Source: Podarcis melisellensis
Taxonomy: Eukaryota
Length of the DNA: 64,000 nt
Assembly: GCA_964234715.1 (NCBI GenBank)
Contig: OZ174278.1
Reading direction: 5' to 3' (one strand)
Of this stretch, positions 25,801 through 37,900 are shown in pieces (the stretch's first letter is position 1; every line of letters begins with the position of its first letter). The notes beneath the pieces are model-generated. The model was not told the DNA's origin. It saw nothing but the letters and a program-made list of their open reading frames with translations, and ran no database searches. The translations under genes and the position numbers were made by a program.

Positions 25801-27590
25801 TTTGTTGATGCTATCTGAATTTCATTTCATTAAAATCCTAGTAATATATAAGGTCTTTATTTTATACCTATTAAAAATTGTTTTGGTCTGCATTATGTTC
25901 ATTTTGTATTGATATTGTGAAAGGGGTATTTGGGTTTTCCCACCCCCTCCCTAATATAAATATAGAAAGTCTGTGAGAACTATGGTTTCAGCTGCTATAA
26001 AACCGTATTCCATACATATATTTAAATGTTCCACATGCCACTTCAGTCATATTACAACTTTGTTCTCAGAAAGGATTAACTGCTCTATTGATTAAAGTCT
26101 CATTTAGGAAGAAAAAGTGAGCTTTTATATGCATCTCCAAGTTGGATGGTATGGTAACCTGAAAGTATTGACTGGCTGTGTGATATACAGCGGTCACAAT
26201 TGTCTTTTACTAAGAAGAGCACAGAGTGATGCTGGTTGTCATTCTTACTCTGCTGTGTGGCAGCGCAAATAGTCCCCTTTCTAACCAACCTGGTGGGAAA
26301 AGTCAATATCCCATCAGCAGAGGAGGTAAACACATCAGGAGCTGTGTCCTCTCTCATCTTCCCTCCTCTATATTACTACAGTTCTTTAAATCTATTCTCC
26401 CCAGTCATCGGATGCACTTCTGTCATTCAAATGCATAGTACTGCTATACTGCAGATATAGCTGTGGTCTGAATTTAATACTGTACTGTAGATCATCTTTG
26501 TTGTTTTATATTTCAGAATAAAACATCCCCTCATTGGTTTCACATATTTCCTTATTTTTCTACCATTAGCACGCTTCATTAGATTTCTTTCTTTTTAATT
26601 TTGACTCTCGGTAGCAGTAATATTTTTAAATGTTTGTAAGAGGGGGTTACCTTGGACATCTTAGCTAAGTTCCCTGCACAAGACTTTTTCAAACCCCTTC
26701 CCCTTTTTTTGGCATCAGCTCCCCATGTGTGCTAAGATGACCACCCAAAGGTTAGAGCTCTCCAGAGTAATTTTATTACGTTCAAGGGACTGTCACTGCG
26801 GGAGGAGGGGACCTGGCAACACAGCCTCTGTGCGTGTAGCACTTTGCACACATTCATATAACTCCCTGTATTCAAGCCGTTGCTTAATTTCCTTCCATTT
26901 ATATTTTACTTCTGTTTGGATTGCATCGTTGATGTTTAAATATAGTGAACAAAACTGAGCAGCTCCTGTAGCGATAACCAGAAACGCTTTTTAATTGTGT
27001 CTCCCAGTGTAAATTTGATGATGATGTGATGATTTGATACAGTGCCTAAGAAGAAAGCACTGTACAAAGATAAAACAGACAAAGCCCTTCTCACGGGCTT
27101 ACAATCTAATTAAGATAGCATAAAAAGGGGGATGGAAGGAAAAAACGAAGGAGATAACTAACATATCTAATATGAGTAAATGTGTATATTTAGATGCAGT
27201 TCACAAAATCCATGCTGTATAAAATATGGCAAAGCCAATGAAGAGATGTAGCTTGATATTATCAAACAGAATAAAAACACAGAGGTAGAGCGTAGAAAAC
27301 AGTAGAGGGGAAACCCTGCAATCCAAAGCAGGTTTATTCAGAAATAAGTCCCTACTAAGTTTACTTAGGATTGCAGTTGTAGGGTTGTATTCACTGCTAG
27401 TCCTCCTCAGAGTAGGCCCCTTGAAGTTAATACACATGACTTACTTAGGTTCATTCATTTATATGGGTCTTATTTTGAGCATACCTGTGTTGAATACAAC
27501 TCTTGGTCTACAATTATGTACATGTGTACCTGGACTATGGGACTAAAAACGGTTTGAACAATATCATATTGTTTGCTCAGTAACACATTA

Positions 27591-27816
27591 CAGTGGCACC
27601 TCGGGTTACAGATGCTTCAGGTTACAGACTCCGCTAACCCAGAAATAGTACCTCGGGTTAAGAACTTTGCTTCAGGATGAGAACAGAAATCGTGCTCCAG
27701 TGGCACGGCAGCAGCAAGAGGCCCCATTAGCTAAAGTGGTGCTTCACGTTAAGAACAGTTTCAGGTTAAGGACGGACCTCCGGAACTAATTAAGTACGTA
27801 ACCCGAGGTACCACTT
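27591..27816. mobile_element. TcMar/Tigger-like MITE, family A copy 4
   Basis: Same interior; terminal G>T change in the right TIR; TA TSD. Confidence 0.9.
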
Positions 27817-28789
27817 TATTCCAAATGCAACAGACTGCTTCTGGACAGTTCTACCCCCATTTTGAAATTTGATGTTGCAACACCATTACAATATAGTGAC
27901 ATATATAGTGGCCTTCATTTTGTTAAACACTAGATGTTAACATTTTGATCCTCGGCATATTTCAGCAATTAAAGAATATCCTGATGTATTGGATAGTCAA
28001 CCATTCTGGTCTTCCAGTTTGTACAGGGTATTTAATGATAGCAGATCTCTTAATGCTTTGGGATAATGGCTTAATGGCAGAATGAGGAGAAGAGCCGGCT
28101 GGATCAGGCCAATGACCATTCTCTTTGGTGCCAGTAAACAGGTTAATATCTCCTCATGCAGAGCTGTATGGACACATCAGAGGAACACTAGATTCATATT
28201 TCAGTGATAGGTGCAAAGACGTTTACCAACAAAATAGAAGCAGTCAGCAGAAAATGAGAGTATGCTGTCTGAAGAACAAAACCCTCTTCAGACCTTATTT
28301 TGCAGTGAGAAAGAACTAAGACTGAGTACATGGCATTCTCAAGCTCCAGGATTTGGGACTCCCATATCTGCGATGGGCGCTGCCCATTTGGTGGAGAATT
28401 TTAAGACCAGGAGTGGGGTAGAGTCAGGTTCAAATCCCTACTTAGCCATGAAGTTAACAGGGGGCCCTAGCTCAGTTACTCTTTTTCAAGCTAACCATTC
28501 TCACAGGACTGCTAAGAAAAAAGGGAAGCAGAAAGCCCTGAGAGCATTACCCTGAGAGCGAGAGTGGGATAAAACATAAAGAAATACATGTAAGACAGCT
28601 TTTAAGTTTTCAGTAAAACCTTGAATTAAGATTAAGAATTGCCCACCAAAAAGGATTTTAAAATGTTAGAATTTATTTTAAGATTTTCTGACTTCCTAGT
28701 ATAATATGCATTATTAAAGTTAAAAGCGTTTGGGAACTTGGTGCAAAACACAAGCAGCCATTTTAACCAGAGCTGGGTGAGGGTTTTGG

Positions 28790-29030
28790 TAGCAGTATCG
28801 CTGGCTTTTGGCCCATTTCCAGGCCCAATTCAAAGTACTGGTTATCACCATTTAGGCCCAAAATGACTTGGGACTAGGATAGTTGAGGACCATATCCCAT
28901 ATAAGTCGGCCTGTTCACTCAGTGTCAGAGGGCCTTATGTGTGTTCAGACAGTGGCCTCTTATCCCCTGCTTAATGGCATTTAAATACCAAGTGAACATT
29001 TATTTGTTCCAGCTGCTCTTTCAGTTGACT
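28790..29030 (+). mobile_element. L2 LINE 3' ORF2 relic
   Basis: CCAGGCCCAATTCAAAGTACTGGTTATCACC encodes AQFKVLVIT, typical of squamate L2; reverse-strand L2 relics also at ~19650-20020 and ~29330-29570. Confidence 0.6.
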
Positions 29031-30159
29031 AGCCTGTGACTTACTTATTTATTCATTTCATAAAATTTATACACTGCTGGATTACCAAAAGGAATTTACA
29101 AAAAGACTTGTTATCCCCTTGGCTTTTTGATTAGGTTGGATCCAAACATGCCCTCCTGAAGACTGCTGTGCTACCTACCACACTGCTTCAGAGGGTGCCT
29201 CAACCCATTTTCAGGGATCACACAGGGCTGTGGGGGGAAAGGGAGAGCTCAGATCGGAGAGCATCTCATTCTATGGCCAGAACTCCACTGATGGAATTCT
29301 GGATTCAGTCCTTTATCTTGCCTGTTTTGCACTTTTAATATTGAAGGATAGTTTACAGAGTAGATTCTACTAGTAAGGGCAGAGGGACAGTTCGAAGGTA
29401 GCCCCACATACAGCCTATTATAATAATCCAGCCTTGTATGACTGTGACCAGGTGCTGCTCCAAGAATGAAGTACAGCCTAAGCTATGCAAAAGCACTCCT
29501 GACTCCATGCTGAGATTCTAAGTACAAAGCAAGATCTAAGAGGACTCTCAAACTATGTACCTACACACTTAACATGCATTATCTCGCTAATCCTCTTAAA
29601 ACCCTTTAAAAAGGGCCAGTATTATCGCTCCCATATTGCAGATGGCAAATTTGGCCTCTGACAATAGTGGTTTGGCTAAGACCAACTACTGACTTTAGCA
29701 AAGGTGATATTTCAACTGAAGGCTTTCTTGTTCAGTGGTTATATATATATTATTCAATATTATGCTGTGCTAGCTTATCGGTGAGTGATCTATTGATCAC
29801 GCATCTCAGTTTCTTTCTTTCAGTAAAATACAATGTCTAGTCATATGATCCTTTTCCTACTTTTTAAATTGCTTATTTCTCCATTTTACAGCAGAAACAT
29901 TCAAATTGGAATCAGTCCCATCTGTTCAGTAGGACACAAACTAGATTTTCACTACCAAGCAATTGGTGGTGATGTTGTTTTCCTCTTATAGGCTCCTATG
30001 TCTTGGAACAATTCAGTCCCTTGAAATATCCCAGCACAAAAGTAACCTGCAGTCCTTAGGCGCTTAAACTCACTATACTCAATATGTGTGCACTTTTTCT
30101 GAGTTATTAGTGGGGAAAACATGATGAAATGCTGAAGTTTGAATCACTGAATCTTTGGG

Positions 30160-30345
30160 GAAATGAGTCTAGCTTAGTGGTAGAACAAACATATATGCCT
30201 TTGCATGCAGAAGGTTCCATGTTCAATATCTGGCATCTCCAGTTAGATGGACCCAGGTAGCAGGTGATGTGAAATGCTTCTGAGAACCTAGAGAGCTGCT
30301 TGCAGAGTGCATTGTATTAGCTAGAAGGATAAACAGTGTGACCTG
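30160..30345 (+). mobile_element. Squamate tRNA-derived SINE relic (Squam3-like)
   Basis: TAGCTTAGTGGTAGA (A box), TTTGCATGCAGAAGGTTCCATGTTCAAT (B-box region), GGCATCTCCAG, GAGAGCTGCT. Confidence 0.6.
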
Positions 30346-30676
30346 TGTTTCTTCCCTTTGGCATTCTTATTTTTTAACTTGTTTTTTTAAGATAGCCAGG
30401 GAAGCAAACAAGGCCCCCTAGAAATCTAAACAAAACACGGAACATGTTTGCTATTCCACTGCACTTGCACAGTCTTTAAAGTATACACACAACACCTACA
30501 GTGGGCAGGGGAGTATCTGCAAGTATTTTTTCAAGTGTAAATACACAAGTACATTAAAAAATGCATCAAGATAATTTCATATGTTCTCACTTAAAATGGA
30601 CTTATAAAATAATTAAAAAGTTGAAGTTTGAGATATGGGAAGAATGTGCATCTTATCTTAATAGTTTCTGGGAATA

Positions 30677-31062
30677 CAGTGGTACCTCGGGTTACATACG
30701 CTTCAGGTTACATACGCTTCAGGTTACAGACTCCGCTAACCCAGAAATAGTGCTTCAGGTTAAGAACTTTGCTTCAGGATGAGAACAGAAATCGGGCTCT
30801 GGCGGCAGCGGGAGGCCCCATTAGCTAAAGTGGTGCTTCAAGTTAAGAACAATTTCAGGTTAAGTACAGACCTCCGGAACAAATTAAGTACTTAAAATTA
30901 AGTGCTTCAGGTTAAGAACTTTGCTTCAGGATGAGAACAGAAATCGGGCTCTGGTGGCAGCGGGAGGCCCCATTAGCTAAAGTGGTGCTTCAAGTTAAGA
31001 ACAGTTTCAGGTTAAGTACAGACCTCCGGAACAAATTAAGTACTTAACCCGAGGTACCACTG
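30677..31062. mobile_element. TcMar/Tigger-like MITE, family A copy 5, with an internal ~150-bp tandem duplication
   Basis: Intact TIRs and TA TSD; 30749-30895 is repeated at 30901-31047. Confidence 0.92.
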
Positions 31063-31715
31063 TACCTTTTTGCAGTTACATCCGCATGCTTTGCAATAGA
31101 CGTCTAAAGGCAAATTCCCAGTATCCTGCATTATTGCAAATATTTCCAGTAATCCGATCAATGAAGAGGGTTCAGTACATAGAAAGCAGATTGCCAGGCA
31201 ACCATGCCATTAAGCAGCATTCTGCTTTTTTTAAAAAAAAATTAAACTCTTTAAAGAGAAGCTACTATCTGTTGGTTCTGGTAAACTGTTCCCTCGTCCT
31301 CTTTCTCTTCCCCCTCCCACCCCCATTTATTCAGCATTAATGGACAAACAGTGTTTCCTGACATTTACTGACAGAAGGTGTAGCACCAATTCAGTTGGGG
31401 CATGACAGGTGGGTTGACTAATTCCCTGATGAGCTGGATTCAGTCTCTTTGTAAGTAACAAGTCTGACACTCTCCTAAACATGCTGACCAGTGTACTTTT
31501 AAAAAAAAGAAAAAGAAAAAAAGGCAAGCATCAGAAGAAGAGGAAGCTCAGTAAAAAAGCATGTTGAATAGAAGTCTGGGAAATTTGGGTTCTGAGAGTC
31601 GGTAACCCTGTACCAGAGTGTGTTTTAAAAGGCCAGAGTGCCCTGGGATTAGTGGCTATAAAATGATGAGTTCCTTTTTCTGATCTTTCAGTTTGTTATT
31701 TCTCTCTCCCAACAG

Positions 31716-31879
31716 GTTGCGTGAATAACAACATGCTGGAAGAAACCAAGGAAAACTACAAAAAACTGAAGAGCACAGTAGACAAATGGTTGTCAGTGAG
31801 CAGCTACTCTGAAGTGAACCTCGGCAAACTCTTTCAGACATTCAATATAGTAAAATCTGTGGGAGATCCCAGTATTTAA
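31716..31879 (+). CDS. POLA1: DNA polymerase alpha catalytic subunit, terminal coding exon (xCVNNNMLEETKENYKKLKSTVDKWLSVSSYSEVNLGKLFQTFNIVKSVGDPSI*)
   Basis: Not in the ORF track. Polypyrimidine acceptor tctctctcccaacag|GT; translation contains the Pol-alpha C-terminal motif YxKLK...YSEVNLxKLF; POLA1 is the known tail-to-tail neighbour of ARX. Confidence 0.93.
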
Positions 31880-32110
31880 GCACTGTGTGTGGGTAGAATG
31901 GAACAAAAGGCTTTTGTGGACTCTTTTGTAGGCAAATATCTTCCTTGTTTTCATTTCTAGTTTTCCATCTATAGATACACACTAGTGTTGTATCTTGTTT
32001 TAAAACACACAAGTATACATCAAATATTGGCTTTATTCGATGGTAAAAAATATTAAAATGTCATGTTAAAAGTCAGTATATATACTAAACACCTGTACCA
32101 CTTACTTTTC

Positions 32111-32116
32111 AATAAA
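32111..32116 (+). terminator. Probable POLA1 polyadenylation signal (AATAAA; alternative ATTAAA at 32052)
   Basis: AATAAA ~230 nt after the stop codon, followed by GT/T-rich TTTGTTGT. Confidence 0.55.
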
Positions 32117-32599
32117 TATCTATTTGTTGTATATCTGGACCTAGAAGGGAAGAAAGGGGTGGAGAAATAGCTTCTTTAATTGAATAATTCCCAGTGAGAG
32201 TTGCTGGAATGTAAGTGATCCTAGACTTTGCTCCAGGGTAGTTAGTAGAGGTGCTTTCAGGAAAAGAGGTTAGTGGAGGTCTCAGTAGGAGCACTAATGT
32301 TTTCTCTTTTCACAATTTATCTACTTCATGATCATATACACAGCAGTTAAAAACAATGGTAAAGCCAAATTCTTCCTATTAATACTTGATTCTAATGTGA
32401 TCTTTATTTTTGAACCTATTTTTGAGGGATTTTTTCCACAAAACAGTATTCATTCAAACAATAAATATTGTGCTGTAAAGACGCAGACTAACCACATGGA
32501 AATGAATGCTAAAGCACCAATTGACTTTTGTACAGGGCAAGGAGACTGTATGTATGCAGCAGATTCTTCTTACCACACACACATATCTAAATGTTACAC

Positions 32600-33620
32600 T
32601 TTGGTTCCAACAGAATAAACATCAGTGCTTGCTGTGACGAGAAAATGGAAACAAGACATAAAAATGGAACTCACTTTGGCCAACAAATAAAAGTAACTTC
32701 TATATTGTATAAAGCAAATAAAGCAAAGCAAAGTTTTTAGAGAGATTTGACAATGGTGTCTAATCTGTTTACCGCCAGTAAAATAATGAACAGAAAGGTT
32801 AACGTCATTTATTGGTGCATGCTAAAGTATTTCTAAATGTGTGTGTAAAGTTTTATACTGTTGAAAGGAAAATAATAAAGTTTTCTAATGTAAGAAAATT
32901 GCAGTGGTATGCGCCGACAACATATCAGTGAGATATCACAGTGATATCAATTTACACTACACATTTTGTTGCTTCATCTTTAAATTATTTACTTCAGGGG
33001 TGGGGGAATACACTTTTGGTGACATTGCTACTACAGCCTTTTTCAATTGTGTTTACTTGCTCATTGACAAACAGCAAAATTTTTAGGATACTTCCCCAAT
33101 GCTCTTCTGAAATAAGGCAGTTTAACCCTGAATGTAATCCAATACCTCCTAGTTAACAGAATAGTGTAAAACATATCTCTTCCTTTAAATTGGGGACATA
33201 GAATCTGCTTCGTAACTGTGGCCAGCATTCTAGTACAAAGCAACCTAATAAGCACATTGAATGAAATGCAAGCTCTGGGAGTTCCAAACCAGTCTCAACT
33301 TGGAGGTGGTGAAATTTGCGGTGGGAGCCAGAAGCACGTATCTGCTGGCAGAATGCAAACTTAATATATTGACATATAAACCTTTGGTCATCATCAACAT
33401 ACAGACACAGTGACACATTTCAGGGATTTAAGAATATCCCCCTCACACTGTTAAATAGCCTTGGACTGATTGTGAAGCAAATTTTAAAATATATCCCCAT
33501 GTTGAGTGGAGCTGACACAAATAAACAGACTTGGGCAGCCATGTCACATCTAATTCAGCTGTTAATAGTATATATATCTGGTTCATTCATAAATCATTTA
33601 TTGTGTGTTCTTAACTATAC
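32600..33620. promoter_or_regulatory. Candidate conserved enhancer between POLA1 and ARX 3' ends (hs122-like position)
   Basis: TE-free non-coding block just downstream of POLA1 with FOX-like (TGTTTAC, ATAAACA), TGACA and TAAT motifs. Positional inference. Confidence 0.45.
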
Positions 33621-34097
33621 CTGCTTCAAGTACCACTTGTGGAAACATGAGCCTGCAGAACTGCCCTGCCTGCAAAGGCTTCTATATTTTGGTAGAGAAG
33701 ACCCACATGCATAAGAAAGGCATATGCATGTCTGACCTTTCCACTGAAGTGAATGAAGAAACCCTCTTGCAAATGAGTTCCTATATGCAAAAGAGCCAAA
33801 TATTCCATTTTTACTCTTTCCCCCAACATGTCTATTCCATAGTACTTAATTGGATAGTCATGCTTGGTTACTTGCATTCACATCATACAGGTAGAGTCCT
33901 ATTACAATAACCTAGCCTGTGTGTCATCATTTCTAATGGAGTGAGAAAAAGGCAATGGGTGATCCTCACTTTACATATAGTCAAGAAGAGACCCATTAAA
34001 TCAATGGGCATATAAGTTAATTAGCTCCACTGAGTTCAATGGGTCTAATGAGAAATGTTGGCTAATGTCATATATATTTAAAAGCATTACACATGTA

Positions 34098-34935
34098 CAG
34101 TGGTGCCCCGCAAGACGAATGCCTCGCAAGACGAAAAACCCTCAAGACGAAAGGGTTTTTCGGTTTTTGCGACGCTTCGCTAGACGATTTTCCCTATGGG
34201 CTTGCATCGCAAGACGAAAGCCCATAGGGAAATCTCGGGGGCCTTTTTTTAAATGCTGGCGGTGGGGAGCAAAGCCTTTCCCCCCCCCCCCTCCGGACTT
34301 CAGAAGAGGTCCAGGAAGGCCGGCGGGGGCGAAAGGCTTTGCTCCCCACCGCCAGCATTTTAAAAGCGGTCCGGGATATCAGGGCATCGTCCCGATGCTG
34401 GGCGGCGGGGCGGCAAAGCCTCCCCCCGCCGCCCGGCTTCGGGGCATCGTCCCGATGCCGGGCGGCGGGGCAGGAACGCCTCCCCCCGCCGCCCGGCTTC
34501 GGGGCATCGTCCCGATGCCGGGCGGTGGGGCGAGAAAGCCTCCCCCCGCCGCCCGGCATCGGAACGATGTCCCGAAGCCCGGCGGCGGGGCCGCAAAGCC
34601 TGGGCGCGCTGGCAACTCTCCGCAAGGAGCGCTCCCGCTGCTTGCGGAGAGGTCCGCGAAGCCTGTCCTGGACCTCTTCTGAAGGCAGGCGGGGGGGCAA
34701 AAGTCTTTGTCCCCCCTGCCTGCCTTCCCAGGGGCTTTTAAATCGCCCCGGACAGCGGAGAAGTCCTCCGCTGTCCCGGGCAATTTTAAAATGCCGCCCG
34801 CCAGAAGAGGTCGGGGGAAGGCGGTTTCCATAGGAACGCATTAATTGATTTTCAATGCATTCCTATGGAAAACCGTAACTCGCAAGACGAAGAGACTTGC
34901 GGAACGAATTAATTTCGTCTTGCGAGGCACCACTG
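34098..34935. mobile_element. 838-bp TcMar/Tigger-like non-autonomous element with GC-rich internal hairpin array
   Basis: TA|CAGTGGTGCCCCGCAAGACGAA ... TTCGTCTTGCGAGGCACCACTG|TA; sub-terminal (G)CAAGACGAA repeats; CpGs intact. Confidence 0.9.
34381..34600. repeat. ~3.7 x 60-bp GC-rich palindromic tandem repeat
   Basis: Units start at 34381, 34441, 34501 and 34561. Confidence 0.92.
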
Positions 34936-37900
34936 TATTGTGTTTTCCAGCAAAATAAATGTACTTGTGAAATATGATATGAAATAGGCATGTCTTAATG
35001 ATCAAAATGAAAAATAACTTATTTGTATACAGATACACATTTTAGAGCTTGTCTTTTCACAAACTTTCCAATTATCACATAGAAAAAAAAGAGAGGAAAG
35101 ATCATCTTCAAGCATGCTTCTCTCTCTCTCAAAATGTAAATTTGAAAATCTAGTAAAGATACCTATGCCATAATGGCACTTCGCATTTATCTTCAATTAT
35201 TAGAGGAAGAATGTTTTGAATAGGTTAAATAAAACCTTGTTTTCCCAACTTAATGTAACATCTAGTGTTTAAGACAGACAAAATCTGAAGAGTCCAGATG
35301 TGTGTCCTTGACTAAGCAGCCGCCTTTGAATGTTTCACCTCATTTTAACCCTTGAAAGGCTGGGAAATGGGAAGACATCTTTCTACAGTATATGTAAGCT
35401 GATTTTCATAAATATGTAAAATATGTGGTGTAAAATACATGCTACAACTGAATTGAGGTTGCTAAGAAAACAAGTCTGGTTTCCCCAGAGATGTTCTAGA
35501 CTGAGTTGCGCACACTCTTCATATTTCTGTCCCATAATTCTAAAGTTTTGCTGAGGGTGAGATTTTTTTATATGTAAACCCAGAGGCTAGACTTCACAAC
35601 AAGTGTTTATGTGTTAGTAAAGAAGAAAGGAACCCATCAAATTATTTTGTCCTATGCCAGAATAATATTTTGCTGGGAGGAAAACTGACTTTTCCTATTT
35701 CTCAACTTCAGCCCATTTTTCTTCTGGCCTTATTTGCCTCTCTTCTGTCGAGCACCTAAATATTTCTTAATTGAACCGCTCATCCTGCGCCCCTCTTATA
35801 GCTGTTTAATAGATTAACTNNNNNNNNNNNNNNNNNNNNNNNNNNNNNNNNNNNNNNNNNNNNNNNNNNNNNNNNNNNNNNNNNNNNNNNNNNNNNNNNN
35901 NNNNNNNNNNNNNNNNNNNNNNNNNNNNNNNNNNNNNNNNNNNNNNNNNNNNNNNNNNNNNNNNNNNNNNNNNNNNNNNNNNNNNNNNNNNNNNNNNNNN
36001 NNNNNNNNNNNNNNNNNNNNNNNNNNNNNNNNNNNNNNNNNNNNNNNNNNNNNNNNNNNNNNNNNNNNNNNCTCTATTATTCATAGCACAGTGGAATATG
36101 TAAGTACCTGAGGGTGTCAAAGGAGAGCAGGCTCTATTGCAAAGTGTTCGCCTTGTTTCTCTCAATAGCTGACTATGAGATGATAAACTGCTTAATACAC
36201 TGCACTAATTGGATGAGAGCAAAAAGAGATGGGAATTAAGGCAAGGCAAAAAGAGAAAGTGCTACCAGCCTTCATTCACTCTTTCACCACNNNNNNNNNN
36301 NNNNNNNNNNNNNNNNNNNNNNNNNNNNNNNNNNNNNNNNNNNNNNNNNNNNNNNNNNNNNNNNNNNNNNNNNNNNNNNNNNNNNNNNNNNNNNNNNNNN
36401 NNNNNNNNNNNNNNNNNNNNNNNNNNNNNNNNNNNNNNCTTCTTTTGAGACGGTTATAGGATTGCTTGGCAGTAGTATAGATCCTAATAAGGGACCAGAG
36501 TAATAACCCCCCTGGATTAACAAAATTGCTGCTTGCAGAAGTATGATTCCAGCTTTTACAAAGATTTCTGCCGAATGAATAAAAATGACTGAGTGACATT
36601 TCTTAATGTGTAATGGATTGATAATGATTCCCTTTTCTTTAAAGTAAAATATGCACTTCAAACTCTACTGTTAATCATGTCCAGGGGCAAATGTTCTTTT
36701 TCCATAAAAATATTTTTGTACCTATGGTTTTTTTTACAATCCAAAATATATATGTGTATAAGATGCTGTCAGTTAAATGTATGGTTATTTGGAAGAACTG
36801 CAGTGGGTTCATAAAAACAAACATGCTGAAGAGCCCACCGTGTGTGAGTGTGAACTGAAGGGAGGAGAGTCCACCTGCCAGGCCTTTGCCATCCTATCTC
36901 AAAAGTCTTCCAGAAGAGTCATCTTGTGGAAACATCAGCCCACATTCCTCCTCTGGTGGGTAAACTGGACTCTCTTACAGACTGGAGAAGCCTGGGTGCA
37001 TTGTGATCTAGTAACCTCAACTTTAGATTCCCCCTTGCGCATTAGCACGGTTGTTAGGTTGGGTTGCGCAATGTATGTCTACATAAAGCCAGCTTCATCA
37101 TACAAAATTTGAGTGAACATCCCATGCACAGAATTTTGCAGGATGCTATGTAGTTGAATGCAGTCCCACCCATATTCAGGGACGGATTGTCTTAGCTAGT
37201 CCACCAGATCAACGAATGGGAAACAGCACTGCCACATCCACTCCTCACGGCTGAAGAAAACAATACCGTGATTAGGAGCCACTCCTGCTGTTTGCAGCCC
37301 AAGATGCTGCCTCGTGTGAGGGGGGGGATGCACCTCCCACAGGATGTTCAAGAAAAAGGGCGCGGGGGATGCAATTTGAGGTTTCTAGCCAGCCTGGTCC
37401 AGCTTCGGCTGTCATTTTGTTATTCTTAAACAGAAGAAGTGAAATGAGGGTTCGGGTTCGAGGGAAGGCTTGGCTGCGGGGGAGCCTCCCTCACTTCTTT
37501 GGCGCCAAAGGCGGCTTCCATTAATGAGCAGATCTTCACAGCTGGATGAAAACGAGAACACCTCAGCCATCCGCCAGGCGAGCTTCTGGTGGTGGGTCCC
37601 GTCCTTTTTTTCCCAGGGCAGCCCAGCTTTCAGGGAAGGAAAAGGTCGTAGGCTTCTGGGGCGGCTTTGAGGCCTTGTCAGGCGTGATATCCCACCCCCA
37701 CCTCTTAAATATATATATATTTATCTATATATAGGGGAGCTCGCAGGAAGTCCGGGGCTCCCTTGAAAAGAAAAAGCCCGCGCGAGCGAGCAAGCGAGAG
37801 AGAAATCGCCGTCGCCCAAGCGCCCCCCGACCCAGCTGGGAAGCCTAAATAGGGGGCCTTTCGCTCGGGGTTTGTTTGCAGCCGCCGAATGACACGGGAT

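Larger units (their letters stand above)
1..31715 (+). other. POLA1: Distal part of the last POLA1 intron (enhancer-bearing intron)
   Basis: No other POLA1-like exon recognised upstream of 31716, although one could hide in a gap; a long last intron is known in other vertebrates. Confidence 0.7.

Noticed and set aside
1-31715. Searched for the penultimate POLA1 exon and for tRNA/snoRNA genes
   Set aside because: None recognised; the tRNA-like A/B boxes found belong to SINEs.
34381-34600. CRISPR-like look (constant palindromic repeat with variable inserts)
   Set aside because: The variable parts are ~11 nt and related to each other, there are no cas genes, the context is vertebrate, and the array is enclosed by MITE TIRs with a TA TSD.
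34065-34841. 150-215 aa ORFs on both strands
   Set aside because: By-products of the stop-poor GC-rich repeat array; no transposase or other domain motifs.
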